Source: Gemmatimonadota bacterium
GTDB taxonomy: Bacteria > Latescibacterota > UBA2968 > UBA8231
Assembly: GCA_038153405.1 (NCBI GenBank)
Contig: JAYOYH010000074.1
Coordinates: 1-14,181 of the forward strand
Direction of reading: 5' to 3'
Length of the DNA stretch: 14,181 nt
The position numbers were made by a program, and so were the translations under genes. Shown here one piece after another: positions 7,771-14,181 of this stretch. Below the pieces are notes generated by a model. It searched no databases. It was not told where the DNA came from and was given only the letters and a program-made list of their open reading frames with translations. Position 1 is the first letter of the stretch. Each line of letters starts with the position of its first letter.

Positions 7771-8511
7771 CTACCACCGCTCAATGGCGCCGAGCAGCAT
7801 TTTCTGCTCGTCGCTACCCTCGGCGCGGATGCGTTGGGCAAAGGGTCCGTCAAAGGGTTCGCGCGACTTCATCCACGCCGGCTGGTAGCACATTAGACAG
7901 GCGCGGCGCGGCGCTTCAGATTGGTTGGCTGCGCCGCGATGGTAGAGACATCCGTCGAATAGGATGGCCTGGCCCGGTTTGGCCAGCACGCGCACTTCTT
8001 CGGGAAAGGGCGCGTGGCAGACCGGCGGACGAAAGGGCACGCGCTGCGAACCCGGCACGACGACGATGGGCCCGTTTTCTTCGCTCAGTTGGTCCAAATA
8101 GTAGCCGCAGTTAATTTGCCCGGGAATGGCGCCGTAGGGCGTGCCTTCAGGCGCGACGGGCCAGGGCACATCGCGGTGCCAGTTTTGGTCCTTTTCACCG
8201 GGCAGCACAACGCGCGCCGTGGCGCTGTGCAACTGCACGCACTGGCCGAGAATGGCTTTCATGCGGGACAGTACGGGGGGGTTGTCCAGCAAAAAGGCAA
8301 ATGCTTCATCGCATTCCAACAGCTGGTGAATAAACTGTTCGCCGCTGCGCGCAAAAGTCGCGTCGAGAGCGGTGCGCAGGACACCGACTTGCTCTGCGCT
8401 GATCGCGTCGTCGACTACGAGGTAGCCCCATTGTTGGAAAAACGCGACGTCATCGCGCAGCGCGGGCGGGCATTCGCCGTTGAGGTATGCGGGGTAAGGT
8501 ATAGAGGCCAT
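7771..8511 (-). CDS. Phytanoyl-CoA dioxygenase (PhyH) family Fe(II)/2-oxoglutarate dioxygenase
   Basis: FFQQWGYLVV, WHRD (HxD), ENGPIVVVPGS, KPGQAILFDGCLYHRGAANQS..PRR (distal His and 2OG-binding Arg). RBS AGGAG. Confidence 0.9.
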   Translation of the reverse strand: MASIPYPAYLNGECPPALRDDVAFFQQWGYLVVDDAISAEQVGVLRTALDATFARSGEQFIHQLLECDEAFAFLLDNPPVLSRMKAILGQCVQLHSATARVVLPGEKDQNWHRDVPWPVAPEGTPYGAIPGQINCGYYLDQLSEENGPIVVVPGSQRVPFRPPVCHAPFPEEVRVLAKPGQAILFDGCLYHRGAANQSEAPRRACLMCYQPAWMKSREPFDGPFAQRIRAEGSDEQKMLLGAIERW

Positions 8512-8678
8512 GTTTTACTCCTATTGTCGAGCCGTTTGTGCCTCAAACTAACCGAGGCGGTCGGCGCAAACAAGGTGAACCGCCGCGCCTTGGCTGATTG
8601 GGGACATTGCGGACCTGCCCATTCGCGCGCTGAGCGCGATTTGTCCAATTTAATCATGGTTATACCGGAGCCTACCCT

Positions 8679-11288
8679 ATGCTACGCTATCTATGCACAA
8701 CCGCGTTGTGGCTGTCTATGTGCACGTCGCCCGGCGCGGCCGAGATCGCTGGGCGCATTGTCGATGCCCGGGGAAGCGGTTTGGAAAATGCGATCGTGGA
8801 GTTGTTGGGGACGGGGCGCGGTACCCTCAGCGACCGGCAGGGCGCCTTTCTGATCGACGCTCTGCCACCGGGCCGCTACCTGCTGCGCGTCTCGCACCTA
8901 GGCTATGCCACTTCTCTCGATACCGTAGACATGGGCGCGGGTCAGCGCATCGAACGCGCGGTTGTCCTGCACAGCACGCTCTACGAAATGGAAGGCGTTG
9001 AGATTGTCGGCTCGCTGACGAGCGCGCAGGCGCGCGCGCTGAACGATCAGCGCAGTGCGCCCAATATAAAGCACGTCGCCTCGTCGGAGCTCTTTGCGCG
9101 CTTTCCCGACCGCAACGCCGGCGAAACGCTGCAGCGCATGCCCGGCATTGCCCTCGATCGCGATCAGGGCGAAGGCGAGTTCGTTCAGGTGCGCGGGCTC
9201 AACGCCCAGCTCAATGCCGTGACCGTCAACGGCAAGCGCATTCCCGCACCCAGTGCGAGCATAGAGGAGGGCCGCGCCGTGGGGTTGGACCTGCTGCAGG
9301 TGCACCACGCCGAGCGCATTGAGATTACCAAGGCGCTGACGCCCGATATGGATGCCGATGCGCTGGGTGGTGCGGTCAATATGGTGCTCAAGCGCGCCCC
9401 CGAACGGGCCGAATACGGGCTGAGCTTGGCCGGTGGACTCAACGCCGAGCCGGCACCATTGCATCGCTGGGGGCGCGAAGTGGGGGAAGTGTCGGGGTCG
9501 TTGGCCCGCCGCTTTGCCGGCGGGAGGTTGGGCACATGGGTGGGGGCCAGCCTATACCGAACGAATAGAGCGTCCATTCTGCATCAGGCCGGCTACGCTG
9601 GCGACGGCAGCCCCGCCTATGCGCGCTGGGACAATTACGACGTGCTGCGCCAGCGCGCCGGTATGCTGGCCGCGCTCGACTACCGGGTCAATCACGCCCA
9701 CCAATTGCGCCTAAACTACACATATCACGCCTTTGACGACGACGAGATCCGCCGCCGCCGCCACTTTGCTTTTGTCGAGGGCGAAGAGGATGTGGAGGTG
9801 CGCAATCGCCTGGAGCAGCAGCGATTCTACCTATTCGAGCTGAGCTCCCAGCACCATATCGCCGGGTTGGAGTTGCACCTGAGTCTGGCCCAATCGCGCG
9901 CCAGCGAAACGCTGCCCGACCGCACGTATTTTCTCTTTCGTCGCACCAATGATTACAGCGGCCTGAGTGCGCGCCAGCAGCTGGCGCTCGGTTTCCAGCA
10001 CGCATTTGCTAACGTGGGTGTGTTCCCACTCGTGCGCACGCGCTTTGATAACGAGGCCTTTGCCGAGCGCGATCGCGTGCTACAGGCCGACGTGGAGCGC
10101 GCCTTTGTGTGGTTCGGTCTGCAGGGCCGGTGGAAGGCCGGTGCCAAGCTATGGCGCAAGGATAAATCGGCCTCGCAGCGGCGCTGGCAGCACTTCCCAG
10201 ACGCGGATATCGCCGCCGTCAGCGAAAACGAATTCGACTTTGTCGATGTCCACTACGACGCTGCACGGGCGCTGGCGCTGTTTCCGCTGAGCAGCTATCG
10301 ATCGGTGCAGCAGTTGCTCAACTACGACGCGCGCGAGACGGTCTATGCCGCCTATGCACAGCAAGCGCTGCAGTGGACGGATCGCCTGTCTGTTCTGGCA
10401 GGTCTGCGCTATGAGCAGACCCGCCACGCCTATGGCCATCGCGCCAGCTTTGTGCGCTCGGGCGAGCGCTACGCCAATGCGCTGCCCTCGCTGCACCTGA
10501 CCTATCGAACAGGCGAGCGCAGCGCGCTGCGTATGGCGTTGACCAGCGGTCTTTCGCGTCCCGAGTACACGCGCCTGCTGCCTCTTACGACGCCGCCCAG
10601 CGATGGGCTCATTCTACAGGGCAATCCCGAACTGAAGGCGATGCGGGCGCACGGTATCGACCTCTTTTTCGAATCGTTTCCCGGTGCCCTGGGGCTGTTT
10701 TCCGTCGGAACATTTTTTAAGCGCATTGCCGATCCGGTAGTCACCTATGCAGAGGATCGCGTGCCCTTTGTGCTGTTGACGCCGATCAATGGTCGCTCGG
10801 GGCGCCTATGGGGCGCTGAGTGGGCGCTGGTGCACTACTTGGCGCGCTACGGAATCGCCGCGCTGCGCGATGTTGGCCTCTATGCCAATTACGCCTTCTC
10901 AGAAGCGCGGATGGACTACGGTTCGGCGCGCAAGGATAGGGGGCCGCTGCCGGGTCATGCCCGCCACACCGGCAACGTGGGTCTGCTCTACGACCATGGC
11001 CGGGCGGGGCGCATGCTGACGCTGAGTGCCAACTATCGCGCGCCCATGCTCAAAGACATCGGGGCCGAGCTCGGAGAAGACGTGTGGTACGAAGGCGAAT
11101 GGCACGTCGACCTATCGGCGCGCCAACGGCTCGGAGCGGGTTGGTCGCTCTTTATCAAACTTAACAATCTGAGCAATGCGAGCGAGCGCGAAGTCTTGGG
11201 CAGTCCCTATGGGGCAGCGCCTACGCGCTGGCGCGAGCACGAGGTATACGGCCGCTCTGGCCAACTAGGTCTGCGTTGGTCTCTCTAA
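8679..11288 (+). CDS. TonB-dependent outer-membrane receptor with N-terminal carboxypeptidase-regulatory-like domain
   Basis: Signal-peptide-like N-terminus; IAGRIVD..G..L.NA.V...GT.SD..G.F.I..LPPG.Y.L.VSHLGY domain; plug motifs FPDRNAGETLQRMPGI, GEGEFVQVRGL, IEITKALTPDMDADALGGAVN; barrel motifs AGLRYEQT, GNPELK, LNNLSN; terminal strand GLRWSL. RBS GGAG at 8667-8670. Confidence 0.93.
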   Translation: MLRYLCTTALWLSMCTSPGAAEIAGRIVDARGSGLENAIVELLGTGRGTLSDRQGAFLIDALPPGRYLLRVSHLGYATSLDTVDMGAGQRIERAVVLHSTLYEMEGVEIVGSLTSAQARALNDQRSAPNIKHVASSELFARFPDRNAGETLQRMPGIALDRDQGEGEFVQVRGLNAQLNAVTVNGKRIPAPSASIEEGRAVGLDLLQVHHAERIEITKALTPDMDADALGGAVNMVLKRAPERAEYGLSLAGGLNAEPAPLHRWGREVGEVSGSLARRFAGGRLGTWVGASLYRTNRASILHQAGYAGDGSPAYARWDNYDVLRQRAGMLAALDYRVNHAHQLRLNYTYHAFDDDEIRRRRHFAFVEGEEDVEVRNRLEQQRFYLFELSSQHHIAGLELHLSLAQSRASETLPDRTYFLFRRTNDYSGLSARQQLALGFQHAFANVGVFPLVRTRFDNEAFAERDRVLQADVERAFVWFGLQGRWKAGAKLWRKDKSASQRRWQHFPDADIAAVSENEFDFVDVHYDAARALALFPLSSYRSVQQLLNYDARETVYAAYAQQALQWTDRLSVLAGLRYEQTRHAYGHRASFVRSGERYANALPSLHLTYRTGERSALRMALTSGLSRPEYTRLLPLTTPPSDGLILQGNPELKAMRAHGIDLFFESFPGALGLFSVGTFFKRIADPVVTYAEDRVPFVLLTPINGRSGRLWGAEWALVHYLARYGIAALRDVGLYANYAFSEARMDYGSARKDRGPLPGHARHTGNVGLLYDHGRAGRMLTLSANYRAPMLKDIGAELGEDVWYEGEWHVDLSARQRLGAGWSLFIKLNNLSNASEREVLGSPYGAAPTRWREHEVYGRSGQLGLRWSL

Positions 11289-11291
11289 TGC

Positions 11292-11307
11292 GGAGAGCGC
11301 TCCTTTT
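11292..11307 (+). terminator. Weak possible intrinsic terminator after the TBDR
   Basis: GGAG-AGCG-CTCC followed by TTTT, 3 nt after the stop. The stem is only 4 bp. Confidence 0.25.
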
Positions 11308-11332
11308 GCACAGCGCACAAATCTGTTATTCT
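11305..11332 (+). promoter_or_regulatory. Putative extended -10 promoter for the 585-aa gene
   Basis: TGtTATTCT at 11324-11332 (TGn plus -10), with TTTGCA/TTGCAC 15-16 nt upstream of the hexamer. RBS GAGGA precedes ATG 11376. Confidence 0.4.
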
Positions 11333-11375
11333 CTCTGTCCGTTGGCATCCAACCGTCACCTTTGCGAGGATCGAT

Positions 11376-13133
11376 ATGCCCTATCTCAACCCGACTTACG
11401 TGGAAATCGACACGCCCACACCGCCGCCGGCTTGGGCCGTTATGCAGTGGGAGCTACTGCGCGCTCAGTCGCGCGCCTGCCGCCAATTCTTTGACCACTA
11501 TTTCGACGAGCGCGGCTACTTGGAATGCATTCCGCGCTGGGGCGGAAACGACGGACCGGATGACGCTATTGAGAACTTGGTCCACTGGCCGGTGCTCTAC
11601 GCGCTGGGCGGCGATGCGCACCTGCGCGATATGTGCGACTTGGCTTGGGAAGGCCATCTCAAGCAGTATACCGAGGCCAAGACGACGGACGTGCCCTTTG
11701 CGCGCGATGGCATGTACTATCGCGAATTTCCCGTTATGTTCGATTGGGTGCACAATGGCGAAGGCTTGACGACCTTCAATTTGCACGGTCTGATGAACCC
11801 GCGCGAAAAGAATTTCGAAAAGCGCGTGCGTCGCTATGCTGGGTTCTATATGGGCGACGACCCGCAGGCGCCCAACTACGATCCCGAGCATAAAATTATC
11901 CGCAGCCTTTTTAACGGCAGCCGCGGTCCGATGCTGCGCAAAGCGACGGCGCTGGACTGGGCCGGCGATCCGCTCGACGAGGTGCAGGAGCGCTTTATTC
12001 CGCTGCACGGCGAGCGCAATTTTGAAGAAATGCTCGCTCACTTTAAGGACTACACGGACGTGATTGGCGACCATCCGCAAAACCTCGTTGCCACGTCGCT
12101 CGGCCTCAATGCCTACGCGCTGACGGGGGAGTCCCAGTATAGAGAGTGGGTGCTAGAATACGCCGAGGCCTGGCGCCAGCGCACGCTGCAAAACGACGGC
12201 ATCATACCGACCAATATTGGTTTGGACGGCACCATTGGCGGTGCCTGCGACGGCAAGTGGTACGGCGGCTGCTACGGCTGGGCCTTCACGGTAGAAGTGC
12301 CGCAGACGGGCGCTATGGCCAGTCGCAATACGCACTATCTCGGCCTGTCTGGCTTTGGCAACGCGCTGCTGCTAAGCGGCCAGCAGCAGTACGTCGACGT
12401 ATGGCGGCAGATGATCGATACGATCAACAGCCACGGCAAAGAGGTTGATGGCAAGATGATGTACCCCTATATGCACGGCGATGAGGGCTGGTATGAGTAC
12501 CGGCCCCATCCCTATGCGCAGGGTGCGCTCGAGGTGTACTACTGGTCTATGGAGCGCGACGATCTGCGCCGATTGGACGCGCATAGCGGGTGGATCGGCT
12601 TTCTCGAGGGCAACGCGCCGTCCTATCCAGAGGCGGCTCTGCAGGCCGACTTTGCCCGCGTGCGCGCGCAAATGGAGAAAGTGCGCACCGATCCGACGAC
12701 GCCCGATACGCGCTTGTCCGACAATCCCAATCCGTTCAATCCGGCCACGCCAGGCGCACTGCTGCAACAGATGGTTGGCGGTCTGACGCCTCGTCACGGC
12801 TGTCCGCTGCACGCGCGCGTGCGCTACTTTGATCCGCGCAGTGGGCGGTCCGGCATGCCGGAAGGCGTTGGCGCGCTGGTCGAAAAGCTCGGTGCTGAGA
12901 CCATGACGCTGACGCTCGTTAATACCGATCCGGTCTCATCGCGCGATGTCGTAGTGCAGGGAGGTGCCTATGCCGAACACCAATTTGTCGGCGTGCGCGT
13001 CGATGGACGCGAGACGGCCATCGGCGACGCTTCCTTTGGCGTGCATCTTGCACCGGGGGCCGGCGCTACGCTGGAGATCGATATGCAGCGCTACGTCAAT
13101 GGGCCGACCTTCGCCTTTCCGTGGGATCGCTAG
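11376..13133 (+). CDS. Hypothetical protein, 585 aa, probably a cytoplasmic enzyme
   Basis: Long ORF with RBS GAGGA and natural protein composition. Rich in aromatic and acidic motifs (WGGNDGPDDAIEN, FDWVHNGEG, GKWYGGCYGW). No signal peptide or transmembrane segment seen. Function not recognised. Confidence 0.88.
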   Translation: MPYLNPTYVEIDTPTPPPAWAVMQWELLRAQSRACRQFFDHYFDERGYLECIPRWGGNDGPDDAIENLVHWPVLYALGGDAHLRDMCDLAWEGHLKQYTEAKTTDVPFARDGMYYREFPVMFDWVHNGEGLTTFNLHGLMNPREKNFEKRVRRYAGFYMGDDPQAPNYDPEHKIIRSLFNGSRGPMLRKATALDWAGDPLDEVQERFIPLHGERNFEEMLAHFKDYTDVIGDHPQNLVATSLGLNAYALTGESQYREWVLEYAEAWRQRTLQNDGIIPTNIGLDGTIGGACDGKWYGGCYGWAFTVEVPQTGAMASRNTHYLGLSGFGNALLLSGQQQYVDVWRQMIDTINSHGKEVDGKMMYPYMHGDEGWYEYRPHPYAQGALEVYYWSMERDDLRRLDAHSGWIGFLEGNAPSYPEAALQADFARVRAQMEKVRTDPTTPDTRLSDNPNPFNPATPGALLQQMVGGLTPRHGCPLHARVRYFDPRSGRSGMPEGVGALVEKLGAETMTLTLVNTDPVSSRDVVVQGGAYAEHQFVGVRVDGRETAIGDASFGVHLAPGAGATLEIDMQRYVNGPTFAFPWDR

Positions 13134-13209
13134 TGCGATAGGTCGCAATCGAACAAAACCAATGTGCGCATACAGCGCGCCAATAACGATGGAAAAGGGG
13201 AACATAGCT

Positions 13210-14022
13210 ATGTCGACAGAAGCAGCGTCTGTGGGCCTCAGCGCCGAAGATCAGGAATTTTTCGCCCGCGAAGGGTACATCATGCTGCCCGGCCTTCTCG
13301 AAGGGGCCTTTAACGAGCGCCTCAAAGAGGATGTCGATCGCCTGATGCTAGATCGGCAGGAAAAGCGCGAATCGTACTTGGTGGCCTACCGCGAATTGGG
13401 TCTGCTCACTTCGCATCCGCCGCTGATTGAACGGCTGCAGCAGCTGATGGGACCGCGCTTTGCCATGCACCATATTCACGCAGTGCGACAGGATACGGGG
13501 AACAGCGGCGTGCACTGGCATCAGGACTACGAGCAGCTGCCGCAGACCAATCGCTCGCACATTATGGTACACGTGTTTTACTACTTGGACGGACTCAACG
13601 GCGAGGTCGGCGATCTGCTCGTGTTGCCCCGCTCGCAAAACACGATTGTCGGCAACGGCAGCCTGAGTATGTTGGGCACGGAAGATTTGCCCAACTCGCT
13701 GACGGTCGACGACGTGCCGCCCGGCACCGCCATTATCGTCCACTCGGCCGTGTGGCACGCCCGCCGCGCCAAGCCCGGCGACGGTCCGCGCTACTTTATC
13801 GATGTCTCCTACTGTCAGGAAGGCGTGCTGTGGCCCGGCTACCGCGGCGAACACCACGCCGAAATCAATCGCACGGCGCTGGAAACGGGCTGCGGCCGCG
13901 ACGGCCAATACGACTTTCTCTACGACACCTCGCAGTTTTTTATTCAGGACGAAGTGCGTGGAAAGTTCAACGAGCTGAACAAAGGCAGCATAGCGCTGCA
14001 GATGGAAGGAATACGTTCATGA
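13210..14022 (+). CDS. PhyH family Fe(II)/2-oxoglutarate dioxygenase, 270 aa
   Basis: LSAEDQEFFAREGYIML, WHQD (HxD), GDLLVLPRSQ, PPGTAIIVHSAVWHAR...PRYF. Start ATG 13210 follows AAGGGGAA; the longer ORF-track start overlaps the upstream gene. Confidence 0.88.
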   Translation: MSTEAASVGLSAEDQEFFAREGYIMLPGLLEGAFNERLKEDVDRLMLDRQEKRESYLVAYRELGLLTSHPPLIERLQQLMGPRFAMHHIHAVRQDTGNSGVHWHQDYEQLPQTNRSHIMVHVFYYLDGLNGEVGDLLVLPRSQNTIVGNGSLSMLGTEDLPNSLTVDDVPPGTAIIVHSAVWHARRAKPGDGPRYFIDVSYCQEGVLWPGYRGEHHAEINRTALETGCGRDGQYDFLYDTSQFFIQDEVRGKFNELNKGSIALQMEGIRS

Positions 14023-14181
14023 GCCGTGCCGATGCGGTGGTGCTGGTCACGGGGGCGACGGGTAAGGTTGGTCAGCAGTTTATAGCTCGCTTCTTGGCCG
14101 ACGAAGCGTGGGCGGGCGCTCGCGTGCGCGCCCTGTGCCACAACCGCCTGCTCGACGAGAGCGAGCGGTTGCAGGTGGTGC
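14019..14181 (+). CDS. Partial NAD-dependent epimerase/dehydratase (extended SDR), N-terminus only
   Basis: Not in the ORF track. ATGA overlap with the PhyH stop. Translation MSRADAVVLVTGATGKVGQQFIARFLADEAWAGARVRALCHNR contains TGxxGxxG and stays open to the window end. Confidence 0.85.
   Translation, partial: MSRADAVVLVTGATGKVGQQFIARFLADEAWAGARVRALCHNRLLDESERLQVV

Noticed and set aside
8570..8620. Cobalamin or TPP riboswitch upstream of the TBDR (GGTGAA..., GGACCTGCC)
   Set aside because: It lacks the GGGAA, GCAACTGT/GCCACTG core of cobalamin riboswitches and the CTGAGA/ACCTGAT core of TPP riboswitches.
6940..8853. Long plus-strand ORFs 6940-7896 and 8014-8853 (also 2424-3080, 4527-5201 and minus 11454-12080)
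   Set aside because: Antisense shadows of well-supported genes, common in GC-rich DNA, with no recognisable motifs.
13134..13147. TGCGA-TAGG-TCGCA hairpin after the 585-aa gene
   Set aside because: A 5-bp stem with no U-tract; not supportable as a terminator.

Overview
GC-rich bacterial metabolic region from a diderm organism (TonB receptor present). The multiple PhyH dioxygenases and sugar-type enzymes resemble Latescibacterota/Poribacteria/PVC-type genomes, which is inference only. Left to right: a partial minus-strand beta-propeller glycoside-hydrolase-like gene missing from the ORF track (1-762); a decayed luciferase-like monooxygenase pseudogene behind a near-consensus sigma70 promoter; eight co-oriented minus-strand genes (in transcription order PhyH, mutarotase-like, divergent Rid-fold protein, fhs, GT2, GNAT, SDR, ltnD); then a plus-strand block (TonB-dependent receptor, 585-aa protein of unknown function, second PhyH, partial NAD-dependent epimerase/dehydratase). 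I saw no RNA genes, CRISPR arrays or mobile elements. The best leads are the divergent Rid-like protein next to fhs, the uncharacterised TBDR/585-aa/PhyH/epimerase module, and the pseudogene. All family calls come from manual motif recognition, not database searches.
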